From Williopsis jadinii (taxonomy: Eukaryota), in NCBI GenBank assembly GCA_024346625.1, contig AP024667.1, positions 868,001 to 932,000 on the forward strand: a DNA stretch of 64,000 nucleotides, read 5' to 3'. Position 1 is the stretch's first letter. Every line of letters begins with the position of its first letter. Both the position numbers and the translations under genes were made by a program. Under the pieces are notes generated by a model that saw only the letters and a list, made by a program, of their open reading frames with translations, was not told the origin of the DNA and searched no databases. Below are positions 30,332-41,400 of the stretch, in pieces.

Positions 30332-30800
30332 CGTAGCAAAGTGAGAGTAACAATGGTGTTAAAACATCAAGCAATGAATCAGCTCATTCTGGGCCTCTTT
30401 TGTAACATCAGCCCCCACCCCGCACCCCCACCGATAAGCTTAGTTTTTGTGTCAACCACATATGATATGGTTCGGGACACAATAGGAGATGGTTATCGAT
30501 AAGGTTATGGCTGGTTTGGTTAAACCAGCTTGATGGGCCTGAGATTCTACGGGGGCATCAACTCGTTTTGTGATGGTATTTGGTGTCAGTAGAAAGAGCC
30601 CATCGTTGCAGCCCGGATTATCCAATTTGGGTTAGATCTTACCACGGCGCTATGGCAAGCGCCGTGGTTTAAATATCCACCGTTCGTATAAACAGGAAGC
30701 ACGTACTTTCTTACGTAACCACACTGTATATATAAACTAACACATTTTCAACTTCAACTTTACATTTTATTGATGCCACTACTTGCACAAGAGTGAACTG

Positions 30801-31703
30801 ATGCTCACAGAATACGGATTCGAAGAGCTCGACTGGCATAGGGTTGCAGCCAGTGCTGTTGGGTGTGATACCTCGGAGTTGTTATCGATACCGCTGTATT
30901 CAGACCTGAAGGCTGATGCGGTTAACCGGGGTCTGCACCCCCAGGTTGAGATGAACTCTTCATTGAACTTGTTTGGACATACATCGTGGAGTAATGAACA
31001 GGTGCAGAATGGGTGTCTTTCACCACGTACTCCGCAGGAGAGCTCAGCAGGCCTACACGGTTGTGGCTACTATTGGCAAGGTTATAACAACAACAACAAC
31101 AACAACAACAGCAATATTATCGTAAATAACACGGGAATCACAACGAAGTACACATGCCCGGATACATGCAACCCTCCGCAACAATGCAAGGACATGATCT
31201 TGTCACCTCACAGCATCTACGTGCCTCAGGATTCACGCTTCTTTGTCATCAAATCGTTCAATGAAAAGGACGTGGAGACGAGCTTCCTGAATAAGATGTG
31301 GTCATCAACAGCCTTAGGAAACAAAAGGCTCAACAAGGCATACCAAACACGGTATTCCAACGAGAGAATCTTCTTGTTTTTCAGCGTCAACGCTTCTGGT
31401 CGCTTCTGTGGGATTGCAGAGATGGTTTCACCTCTAATGGATGCATCACTGGTAACGGATGAAGCTCCATGGACCGATAAGAAGAGATGGCGTGGTGGTT
31501 TCAAAGTCCAGTGGTTATATGTAAAGGATATTTACAATAACAGCTTGAGACATTTGAAAGTACCACTGAACGACTTCAAGCCGGTGACAAGCTCAAGAGA
31601 TACACAGGAACTACCCTTTGAAGTTGGGCAGGAGATGTTGGAGATCTTCAAAAGGACCAGGTCTCATACTAGCTTCCTACACAATTTGGGAGATGGCTTT
31701 TAA
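30801..31703 (+). CDS. PHO92: YTH-domain m6A reader Pho92/Mrb1 (start uncertain)
   Basis: SRFFVIKS, WSST..GNKRL, LFFSVNASGRFCGIAEM, KPVTSSRDTQE = YTH domain. Near FRQ1 as in S. cerevisiae. Confidence 0.85.
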   Translation: MLTEYGFEELDWHRVAASAVGCDTSELLSIPLYSDLKADAVNRGLHPQVEMNSSLNLFGHTSWSNEQVQNGCLSPRTPQESSAGLHGCGYYWQGYNNNNNNNNSNIIVNNTGITTKYTCPDTCNPPQQCKDMILSPHSIYVPQDSRFFVIKSFNEKDVETSFLNKMWSSTALGNKRLNKAYQTRYSNERIFLFFSVNASGRFCGIAEMVSPLMDASLVTDEAPWTDKKRWRGGFKVQWLYVKDIYNNSLRHLKVPLNDFKPVTSSRDTQELPFEVGQEMLEIFKRTRSHTSFLHNLGDGF

Positions 31704-31957
31704 CCCTTCAATCAAACAAACCCTCTTGCTATAAACTGCTTTCAACTTCAACGGCTTTTATCGGTGGTTACTTCCTAAAATGGTAGTAGTCTCCGATATG
31801 TGGTACGAGCACTACACCCAGACATATCATCCGGGCACACACCACCTCTAACAAAATTGAAATTTTACGAAATGGCTCGATTTTATATAACTTTTGACAC
31901 CTCATTTCATCGTTTCCTTCTTCGTTACTGTTTTTTTTGCTTTGTTTTGTTATTCAA

Positions 31958-32683
31958 ATGTCATCAACTGTGCTCAAGACGATCCCCAAAGGTGCCAAGT
32001 TCTCCACCCTTTCGCAATTGCGTGCTGCAGTACAATCGACATCGGTTCCAGATTCCAAACCTGAACCTCCAAAGCAGTACGAATATGGTGCTTTGAACGA
32101 TGTACAGAAGGCCTTCTTGGATAGAGTTATCCGTGTGGATCAAGCGGGAGAACTCGGTGCCAATTATATCTATGCTGGGCAGTACCTGGTGCTCTCATCG
32201 AGGGAACCACATCTTAAACCAGTGTTGAAGCACATGTGGGAACAAGAGATCCATCATCATAACACGTTTAATGCCCTCCAGGTGAAACATAGGGTCCGTC
32301 CTTCTTTCATCACCCCGTTGTGGAAATTGGGTGCGTTCTCCATTGGTGTCGGAACTGCTCTAATTGGCAAAGAAGCTGCAATGGCTTGCACCGTTGCTGT
32401 TGAGACAGTGATTGGAGGCCATTATAACGACCAACTGAGGGTACTGGCTGGTAAATTTGACATCCCAGCCAAGGATCTATTGACCGGTGAAACCGTGACT
32501 GGTGTTACAAGCGACGAACTTCATGGGTTGAAAGAAACCATCAGAACCTTTAGAGATGACGAATTGGAGCATTTGGATACAGCTGTGGAGCACGATGCTG
32601 AAAAGGCCGTCCCATATTGGCTGCTCACGGAGGCCATTAAGCTGACATGTAGGGCTGCCATTTGGACTGCTGAAAGGGTTTGA
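31958..32683 (+). CDS. COQ7: 5-demethoxyubiquinone hydroxylase Coq7/Cat5
   Basis: RVDQAGELGANYIY, EIHH, AMACTVAVETVIGGHYN, FRDDELEH di-iron motifs. Confidence 0.95.
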   Translation: MSSTVLKTIPKGAKFSTLSQLRAAVQSTSVPDSKPEPPKQYEYGALNDVQKAFLDRVIRVDQAGELGANYIYAGQYLVLSSREPHLKPVLKHMWEQEIHHHNTFNALQVKHRVRPSFITPLWKLGAFSIGVGTALIGKEAAMACTVAVETVIGGHYNDQLRVLAGKFDIPAKDLLTGETVTGVTSDELHGLKETIRTFRDDELEHLDTAVEHDAEKAVPYWLLTEAIKLTCRAAIWTAERV

Positions 32684-32990
32684 AAGGTCTGCTTGTATAT
32701 ACAAGTCCAATGTCTCAGCCTGAAACTGTGCTTGAGAGAATGAAGATTCCTGGAATGTCAACGGTATATCTATGATGCATGAATACCATTTGTACTTACT
32801 TTACATTATTTAATGAATACTTGAGATGACAACAACGTATAGAATGGCCTCTATCATGGCCTTGATGTAATTAGTTTGTAAAAGAGAAAGGGAATGGATA
32901 GGCAACACTATGTATAATGTAGGGAGGCCAGACAAGTACACACGGAAAGCACACACACACACACTTGTGATACAGCCATCTTACAAGTAC

Positions 32991-33563
32991 TCAGACCAAC
33001 CCATCGTACAGGTTGAGAGCACCAACGATACTCGGGTCTATCTTTGAACCTTCTCTAAATTCATCAAGACTGATCTCTCCATTTTCATCCTTGTCCATCA
33101 GCTTGAAGATCTTCTGTACCCTGAGTTCAGGCGTGGCCTCATCGTCGTTAAGTTTCACCATCGACCCGATCATCTTGTATATCGCACTCACTATTGCCAG
33201 CATCTCTTCGTAGCTGATCTTGCCGTCGTGGTTCAGATCGTACAGCTGGAACGCCCACACGAGCTTCTCCTCCAGCGAGCCTCTCGACGTGATGCTCAGA
33301 GCGCATATGAACTCTTTGAAGTCTATGGTGCCGTTCTTATCGTCGTCAAACACGTCAAACACGTAGTTACTGAAGTCTGACGGATCACCAAAGGGGAAGA
33401 ACTGCTTGTATATCTTGACAAACTCCTCCTTGGTTATCTGTCCTGAGGGGCAATCCCGTAGGAACCCTTTGTACCACTGCTGAAGCTCACGACGATCGAA
33501 ATACGTCGACTTCTTTAGCGACGCCAGCTCATCCTTCGAAAGCTTTGATGCACTCTTACCCAT
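32991..33563 (-). CDS. FRQ1: Frequenin / neuronal calcium sensor 1 (EF-hand, N-myristoylated)
   Basis: [27 protein letters not shown]-hands; ends LNLYDGLV; 190 aa. Confidence 0.96.
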   Translation of the reverse strand: MGKSASKLSKDELASLKKSTYFDRRELQQWYKGFLRDCPSGQITKEEFVKIYKQFFPFGDPSDFSNYVFDVFDDDKNGTIDFKEFICALSITSRGSLEEKLVWAFQLYDLNHDGKISYEEMLAIVSAIYKMIGSMVKLNDDEATPELRVQKIFKLMDKDENGEISLDEFREGSKIDPSIVGALNLYDGLV

Positions 33564-33921
33564 TGCTAGTGTCCACGCTTCTGTTGAATAGTAAACCAGT
33601 ATGTCAGCAAGATGAGACCCTGATTGAAATAAACACTCCAAGCTTGCGTTTCCCCCGTGCTGCCTCCCCTTCGGTGTTGCTGTTAGGGCGAAGCCCAGTG
33701 GAATTTCGCGCCAGCCAGTGGGGGCGTGATGGGCGGTGCAGGGATGTAGTGCTTACATAAGCAATTTCTTGGAGGTTGATTATGTAATCAGTTTTTTTCC
33801 GTTCAACTGAGCATTACGTAACCATGCATGAGACGTATTGTGTTTATTCATACTATACACATCGAGTTATGGAGATGTTACTCACCTATGGAACCTCCAC
33901 AGGTTAACAAGCTCAAGAAGA

Positions 33922-35847
33922 TCAGACTCTCCACCAGTTCGACCATGTGCGCTTTTCCTTGTTGAGAACAGAATCGTCAATGAACTTGGAGTTGGAGCTC
34001 AACGTCTCTTGATCTGAGCCGTAAATGTCGTGCTTGTCAGTGAGTTCCACTTCCCTGACAAAGAACATCAGCCCAAGCATTGGGATTATAACTGCTAGTG
34101 CAAACCATCCAATGATCTGTAACGTCTCTCTGTAAGCCAGGGACACTGCCAATCTTCCCGGCGTTCCCTCCTCCATCTTCAGCGCCAGCTTGAAGTTCTT
34201 GAAGATCATCGTGGCATTCTTTTGCAGCTCATCTGGGAGGTGATCGTGTAACTTATCAATGGCAACGTTGTTCCAAATGACACCTGAGATGGCTGTTCCG
34301 ATGAGTGTTCCCACAGAGGTGAAGGCCAGAAAGAAGGCAGTGGACATTGCAACACTGGTGGCACCTGCTATTGCTTGAATGGTCACTTGAAGTGCGGTCA
34401 TGTAGAGAGCACGACCTACACCACAGAATATCTCCATCACATACAGCAAAACGGTGTTTTCTTCCATCACGCCGTCCCTATCGATGAACCACACGAGCAA
34501 TCCATGTCCAAGAACGAGCAGTGGGACACCAGTGAGAACAAAAATCTTTGTTCGCTTCGTGTATTTCATCATCAACCCAGTGAGAATCGAAGCAATATCA
34601 ATCGACGTCTTCTTTGCATCGTTAATACGCGCAGCTTGACCAGCAGTGTAATACCCACCAACCTGTAAAACCGTTGAGAAGTAAACGTTGAATGCTGCAT
34701 TTTCGCAGTAGTCCAAGGCAACCATCAGAAAGGCAATGAGAACAGTCATGTTGGTAAAAGCTTGGATAGGAATGAAAGGTTGTCTCGTTTGCAACCAAGG
34801 TAATCTCTTAGGAAAGGCACACCAAAGAACAAACAACACGAGGAGGATGAACCCGATGATCAGCATCGCAATGGTACTTCCTTGGTTCCATTTCTTAGGC
34901 GATGTTTTACCGGTGATTGTGAATGGAACAAAGAACAGGATGGTACCAGCAAGCAAGAGAAAGCCGCCAATGAGGTCCAGATCTAACAAGAAGATCTTTT
35001 TCAGCTTCTGCATCAGTGAGCCTTCAGGCAGGTTCATCAGTATCGTTGGCTTTCTACGCTTGCCGTTCTTTCTCTGCACATGGTCAACATAAAACATCAC
35101 GCAAGATAAGGGTGCAATGAAACCTGCTAAGATAATGGCAAAGGTACCGTACGCCCATCTCCACGTCGAATGGTCCAGAAAGGCGTCCTGGATATGGGAT
35201 CCCGCGTAGGTCGATGGAATACCAGTTATCGCAGCCGGGAACTGGGTCCAGAACCCTCTGTTGATCAAGCTTGTCGTGTCTGCAATGAAGATGTACAGGT
35301 AAGTCTTGAAACCAATTCTGCCGATGGCAAAGAACACCTGGCCAGCAAAATACTCACCAATCCTCTTACACGTTGCAAACAGAACGTAGCACAGCGTGTA
35401 CATGATCATGGTGAGGCAGAAGCCTTCACCACGTCCAAGCAGGTCAGCAACTTTACCGAGGATTGGATAAGCGCAAACAGCCGTGATCTTATACACGATC
35501 TGGGCGGTAGATATCATCGAGTGTGCGTTGAAGGACGAGGTGACATAGGCGGCAAGATCACTCGTCGAGTCCTGAGCAAACGACTCCACCAGGGAAGTGA
35601 TGAGGATCACAGCGTAAGCGATTCTTATCATCTTCTTGGAAACACCGCGGCTCTGGTGCTCGTCCTCAGACGACTCTTCAGCATCACATGCCCTTGTGAC
35701 CTCGGCGGTCTCTGCCTTGTCCTTTCCACCGTGGCGGTCGAACGAAGATCTCAGGTCAGATACGTGGTTACCTGTGGTTTCAACCACCATGTCAACCTCG
35801 CCGGTCTGCGACGTTTGAGTGTGGATGCTAAGCTTGGAGTTTGGCAT
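33922..35847 (-). CDS. Siderophore-iron MFS transporter (ARN/SIT1 family)
   Basis: Multi-TM MFS; YVTSSFNAHSMIST, IADTTSLINRG, WRWAYG, LDLIGG, AYRETLQ typical of the ARN family. Confidence 0.85.
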   Translation of the reverse strand: MPNSKLSIHTQTSQTGEVDMVVETTGNHVSDLRSSFDRHGGKDKAETAEVTRACDAEESSEDEHQSRGVSKKMIRIAYAVILITSLVESFAQDSTSDLAAYVTSSFNAHSMISTAQIVYKITAVCAYPILGKVADLLGRGEGFCLTMIMYTLCYVLFATCKRIGEYFAGQVFFAIGRIGFKTYLYIFIADTTSLINRGFWTQFPAAITGIPSTYAGSHIQDAFLDHSTWRWAYGTFAIILAGFIAPLSCVMFYVDHVQRKNGKRRKPTILMNLPEGSLMQKLKKIFLLDLDLIGGFLLLAGTILFFVPFTITGKTSPKKWNQGSTIAMLIIGFILLVLFVLWCAFPKRLPWLQTRQPFIPIQAFTNMTVLIAFLMVALDYCENAAFNVYFSTVLQVGGYYTAGQAARINDAKKTSIDIASILTGLMMKYTKRTKIFVLTGVPLLVLGHGLLVWFIDRDGVMEENTVLLYVMEIFCGVGRALYMTALQVTIQAIAGATSVAMSTAFFLAFTSVGTLIGTAISGVIWNNVAIDKLHDHLPDELQKNATMIFKNFKLALKMEEGTPGRLAVSLAYRETLQIIGWFALAVIIPMLGLMFFVREVELTDKHDIYGSDQETLSSNSKFIDDSVLNKEKRTWSNWWRV

Positions 35848-36955
35848 TGTAGCGACACTTGCACGATCTGCTCAGCGAGACAAGACAACAAAACCAGCCT
35901 AGGGGGGGATTTCCTCAAGTTATATATACACGCTCTTCTCAGCTAAGAATGAACAGTAAAGGAACCATTGTACAGACACCGTACAACTCAACACAGCGAG
36001 CCAAGTGCGCTGTCTGCGCTGTAGGCTCGTCAAAATGCCTCTCACAGCTAAGCGACCTCACCTGCACAAATACACGCACCCAAATGCCGGCGTGTAAAAC
36101 AGGTCTCCTCCCAACAAATATCCCTACGCCAGAGTGCTGCTGGTTTCAAGCATTTCCCACTCGTCACAACCGCAGATGATCTACAAGAGGTTTGGAATGG
36201 GGCTTTCCAGCCACCGTTACTAGGGGCTAAACGCACCCGGACGTGGGAAATGGCGTACCTACAGTTAAGGCGAGGGCTTTTGGCGCAGAGAGGTGAGGCC
36301 CTGTGTGGGTGAGGCCCTGTTGGTGTGGAAACCCCAGCAAAGGACTCAATACACACCATCACCAGGCGCAATTGGGCGCAATTGGGCGTGGATGGCTAAG
36401 AGCTGTGTGTCATAGTCATTCTGAAGCCAATGGCATCGCACTGGCCCTTCTTCACCGCGTTGTGAGACCTCACAGGCCCACCATCCTCGCCAGCCTGGCA
36501 GCCTCTTCAGGGCCTGCCCGTCTCGCCAGGGCCCTCTCCGGATTTAGGCGGAGACCCGTGTGCATTGCGATGGGCCTCAACGCCGTGGTGGAAGCACTGT
36601 CAATCACGCACGACGACTGGAGCAAGATGGAAATGATAAGCAATGACGACAAGAGTGCCACGAGAGATTATAAGCTTAACGCGATACACCACGAGCTCCT
36701 TGGCGTGCTTGGGAGCTGGGCCTTTGTTGTGATTGGCTGTGTTGTGTGGAAGAAATGCGTGGCTTTTTACATGCTGTGGTGTGGATGGCGAAGCAGTCCG
36801 TGCTTAGGAGCACGGACCAGAAGATGCGGTTGTGATTATACGTTTGAGAGCTGGTAGCAGAGTACAGATTATACAAAGAGCCAGTTTATTGGAGCTGTGT
36901 GGTGGAGGACAAACACCCGGTTTGGATGATGCTGTATAGGGTGATATGCAATGTA

Positions 36956-37927
36956 TCAATTGATGAATGGAATATACACAGGTGTCTTGCTCTTGTACTC
37001 AACGTACGACTTGCCAAAGAAGCTCACCAGGAACTTCTCCTCCTGCTCGATGCGGTCGGAGAAGAAGGTGTACAAGGTGATGGCGAAGCCCACGACCCCC
37101 AGTGGGTTCACCAGCATGAGCTGGGTGCCCACAGCCCACCAGAAGAAGCCGAAGTAGGAAGGGTGTCTTATATACTCGTAGATCCCGTTAGTTATCAGCT
37201 TGTGGTCCGACTGTCGCTTGGTCTGCACCAGGTGGTTGAAGGAACGGCCTGCTGTTTTCATCGCCAACGTCCGCACAGACTGGCCCATGATCATCAGCGC
37301 AAAGCCAACAACCTTGGTCAAACAGTTCCCCCTTTTGAAGTTCGGGAACATCGCGTACTCTATGGAGAACTCGATCAGCGCAATGGTGTGGGCAAGCGTG
37401 TACGCGGACCCGTTGTTGATGATGAACGACTCAGAGTGGACCCTTGTGGGGTTGTACCTGGCGGTTACCCAGAACTCGAGGAAATGGAAGAGCGCCAACG
37501 CCATCAGGTATACAGAGCCCGTCTTGAGCTGAACAAAGAACATCGAGGCACAGCCAAAGCCAAACACGATGCCTAGCAGAGCCGCGGTGGCGGCAACCTT
37601 GTCCAGTGGGTTCTTCGTGATGTCCGGATAAGTCGACAGCTCGGGAAGCGAGCTCGTCACTGTCTCATTCGTCTCCTCAGTTTCAACGCCCTCGAGGTCA
37701 GACTCCTCGCCACCGCTGTCCTTCCTTGTCGTCGTCTCCTCGCCCGTATCCCTATCAACAGCCGTGGCGGTCGAACTCATGCTGGTGTCCCCAGATCTCT
37801 CTTTCGATGTTGAGCTCCTTGGTGACGAGACACCAATGTCCAGTTTCTTGATGTTTGGGATGCTTGGAATAGGCACTTTCTGCACTATCCTGTTAACAAG
37901 AGAGTTCTTTCGAAGCAGTGAGGTCAT
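36956..37927 (-). CDS. STE14: Isoprenylcysteine carboxyl methyltransferase
   Basis: FHFLEF, SFIINNG, IRHPSYFGFFWW, RI..EEKFLV.FFG..Y.EY. Confidence 0.93.
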   Translation of the reverse strand: MTSLLRKNSLVNRIVQKVPIPSIPNIKKLDIGVSSPRSSTSKERSGDTSMSSTATAVDRDTGEETTTRKDSGGEESDLEGVETEETNETVTSSLPELSTYPDITKNPLDKVAATAALLGIVFGFGCASMFFVQLKTGSVYLMALALFHFLEFWVTARYNPTRVHSESFIINNGSAYTLAHTIALIEFSIEYAMFPNFKRGNCLTKVVGFALMIMGQSVRTLAMKTAGRSFNHLVQTKRQSDHKLITNGIYEYIRHPSYFGFFWWAVGTQLMLVNPLGVVGFAITLYTFFSDRIEQEEKFLVSFFGKSYVEYKSKTPVYIPFIN

Positions 37928-38235
37928 GGTCCCAGTTCAAGCCTCAAATTGCTCTTCCAATGCTGTGCTTTTATACCGTTGTTGATGCCTACGGGGTCCA
38001 CCACCTTGAGCTGTAAAAGACAGCGCAAACTGTCAAAGAAGCCATTGCCCGAAAGAGAGCGAAAATCCAGAGGTGGCGGCACACGCAGCGCAAAAAGGCA
38101 CACGCGCGCGACCGGAATGGGCCAGAGAGAGTTTTTGTGTCATCGATTTGCGGTAGTGTGTCGCAGTTTGGCGGAGGATTTCCTCTTTTGGCGAGGAGAA
38201 TGGGAGGTGGGAGGCAAAGGACAGCAAGGAGAAAT

Positions 38236-38307
38236 GGTTACGTAAGCACGACTGATTACGTAAGCACCGTTGATTATATAAGCGGTTGTGCTTACGTAAG
38301 CATGGCA
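38236..38307. repeat. Four-unit 18-bp-period array with bZIP-type palindromic core TTA(C/T)(G/A)TAAGC
   Basis: Cores start at 38238, 38256, 38274 (TTATATAA) and 38292. Confidence 0.8.
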
Positions 38308-38354
38308 TAATCAGCCTCAACCACCACTGGTACGCGCAGCAATGGCCCTCCGTG

Positions 38355-38411
38355 ACGCGTACCGCTCCTCATCAAACCAAAAAATTTCCTTCAATGCTGC
38401 TCTTTACGCGT
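38355..38411. promoter_or_regulatory. Two MCB elements (ACGCGT) upstream of POL3
   Basis: ACGCGT at 38355 and 38406, expected for a G1/S replication gene. Supports the ATG at 38471 rather than 38342. Confidence 0.65.
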
Positions 38412-38470
38412 CAGTTTATCACCAACAGCGCTGTCTACGAAGTGCCGTGTCAATTGAGCGATCTACAGGG

Positions 38471-41400
38471 ATGTCAGGTAAACACAGCATCGTCGCTCAC
38501 GACGAGAGCACGCTGAAGAAGGCAAGAGTCATCGCTGCTGACGAGTTTGACAGCACGCCACAGGGAACTCTGGAATCGCTCCATAGAGAAGCACACTCGA
38601 TGCCAGTGTCATCGCAGGTGATGGATGATGTCAAGCATACACACAAGAGAGAGCCGTATAGCCAGAAGAGTGCGATGGCCAAGGTGGAGCCTTCCAAGTT
38701 TGAGAAGGAGCTGCTGACGATGTCATCAGAGGCTGATGCTTCGAAGGCAAAGGACCAGACCTGGGGAAGACCTCCTCTGCCTGACGGGTTTGATCCTGCT
38801 CTGAACGATATATCCTTCCAACAGTTGGATGCTGAGGAGGCCTTGACCGATGGGTCATCTGCTGTTAAGTTCTTTGGTGTCACAGAAGAAGGATATTCGA
38901 TCCTCTGCACAGTGGTTGGATTCCTCCATTACTTCTATGTACCGGCACCAATGAACTTCAGAAAAGAGCACCTGGAAGAGTTCATCAAATACCTACGTGC
39001 AAACTTCCAAGGAGTGCATGATGTGCAGATGGCGATGAAGGAGTCCATTTGGGGCTATAACGGTGGTGAGAAAGTGGTGTTCTTGAAGGTGATAGCTGCA
39101 AATGCCAAAGACGTTCCGAAGATTAGATCTGGCTTTGAGAAGGGCCAAGTTTCGTTCAATGGGATGTTCGTGTCTGGAGGTGACGGTATAATGACCTATG
39201 ATAATGTCCAGTATCTGCTAAGAATGATGATTGATTGTAAGATTGTCGGAATGAGCTGGATCACTTTACCTAAGGGCACTTATTCCATGGTGCCAAGTAA
39301 GGATCGCATTTCCACTTGCCAATTGGAAGTGAACATTGATTATAGAAAGATGATACCGCATCAGCCTGAGGGTAAATGGCTGAAGAGTGCTCCTTTACGT
39401 ATTCTCTCCTTCGATATTGAATGTGCGGGAAGAAAGGGCATATTCCCTGAAGCAGAACACGACTCCGTTATCCAAATTGCAAATGTTGTATCGAGATCTG
39501 GTGAAACTACACCATTTGTTCGTAATGTATTCACAGTCAACACGTGTTCGCCAATTACGGGATCTGAGATCTTTGAACATGAACATGAGTCCGATATGTT
39601 GCTTGCCTGGAAGAACTTCATTGTTAGAGTTGATCCTGATGTCATTATAGGTTACAACACAACGAATTTCGATTTACCTTATCTATTGGACCGTGCAAAG
39701 GCATTGAATCTGAAGAACTTCCCATACTTTGGCAGGTTGAAGTATGTCAAGCAAGAGGCCAAGGATTCCGTGTTCTCTTCTAAGGCTTACGGTACCAGAG
39801 AGTCGAAAGTGATCAACATCGATGGAAGAATGCAATTGGATCTCTTGCAATTCATCCAAAGAGAATACAAGCTCAGATCGTACACTTTGAATTCCGTCTC
39901 TGCTCACTTCCTGAATGAACAGAAGGAAGAAGTTCAACATTCGAACATCACAGATCTTCAAAATGGTACAAGTGAGACAAGAAGAAGACTGGCTGTGTAT
40001 TGTTTGAAAGATGCATACTTACCATTGAGACTTCTCGAGAAGTTGATGTGTCTCGTTAATTATACAGAGATGGCAAGGGTAACAGGTGTGCCATTCTCTT
40101 TCCTATTAACAAGAGGACAACAGATCAAAGTTATATCACAACTGTATAGAAAATGCCTTGAAGTTGATACTGTTATTCCAAACCTTCAACAGAATGGATC
40201 TTCAGATGTTCAGTACGAGGGTGCTACTGTTATTGAACCGAAAAGAGGATACTACGACGTTCCAATCGCAACGTTGGATTTCAGCTCGCTATATCCAAGT
40301 ATCATGATGGCACATAACCTGTGCTACACGACACTGTTGAACAGAAACACGATAGAAAGGTTGAGTCTCAAAAAAGATGTTGATTATACACAAGCACCAT
40401 CTGGTGACTGTTTCATCAAGTCTTCAAAGAGAAAAGGGCTGTTACCTATTATCTTGGAAGAGTTGTTGTCCGCAAGAAAGCAGGCCAAGAACGACTTGAA
40501 GAAGGAGACGGATCCATTCAAGAAAGGTGTGCTCAATGGTCGACAGTTGGCTCTGAAGATCTCTGCAAATTCCGTGTACGGTTTCACAGGTGCCACCATT
40601 GGTAAACTACCCTGTCTAGCCATTTCATCATCTGTCACGGCCTTTGGTAGGGAAATGATTGAGAAAACAAAGCAGGAAGTTCAAGACCATTATTGCATTG
40701 CGAACGGTTTCAAGTATGATGCCCAAGTCATATACGGTGACACTGATTCTGTGATGGTGAAGTTTGGGTACGATGACCTTGAGACGTGTATGAAGATGGG
40801 AGAAGAGGCTGCTGATTATGTTTCCACCAAGTTCTTGAACCCCATCAAGTTGGAGTTCGAAAAGGTGTACTTTCCTTACCTGCTGATTAACAAGAAGAGA
40901 TACGCAGGCTTGTATTGGACAAATACAAAGAAGTTTGATAAGATGGACACCAAAGGTATTGAAACTGTCAGAAGAGACAACTGTCGTCTTGTCTCCAATG
41001 TTATTACAAAAGTTCTGGAGCTGATTCTTGAGAGACGTGATGTGCCAGAAGCTGAATCCTTTGTCAAACAGACAATCGCAGACTTGCTTCAAAACAGGGT
41101 AGATATGCAACAGCTAGTCATCACCAAGGCTTTGTCTAGACAGGACTATGCTAACAAGCAGCCCCATGTCGAACTTGCTGAAAGAATGAGGAAAAGAGAT
41201 GCTGGTTCTGCTCCAGCAATTGGTGATCGTGTTGCATATGTTGTCATCAAGACTGCGGGAACAAAGGCCTATGAGAAGTCTGAAGATCCATTGTTTGTTT
41301 TGGAGAACAATTTGCCAATCGACACCAAGTACTACCTAGAGAACCAGTTGTCCAACCCTCTTACAAGAATCTTCGAGCCTATTCTGGGAGAGAAACGTGC

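Noticed and set aside
35170..35946. 258-aa antisense ORF over the siderophore transporter
   Set aside because: Opposite-strand shadow of a well-supported gene.
36303..36857. 184-aa intergenic ORF with a GTG start
   Set aside because: Non-ATG start, GC-rich promoter DNA and no protein-like motifs.
36899..37576. 225-aa antisense ORF over STE14
   Set aside because: Shadow ORF with no recognisable domain.
38236..38307. CRISPR-like reading of the repeat-spacer array
   Set aside because: Eukaryotic context, 18-bp period, spacers of only about 6-8 bp and no cas genes.
38342..38470. Upstream in-frame ATG extension of POL3
   Set aside because: Overlaps the MCB promoter elements; the ATG at 38471 gives a typical Pol3 length. 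Not strictly excluded.
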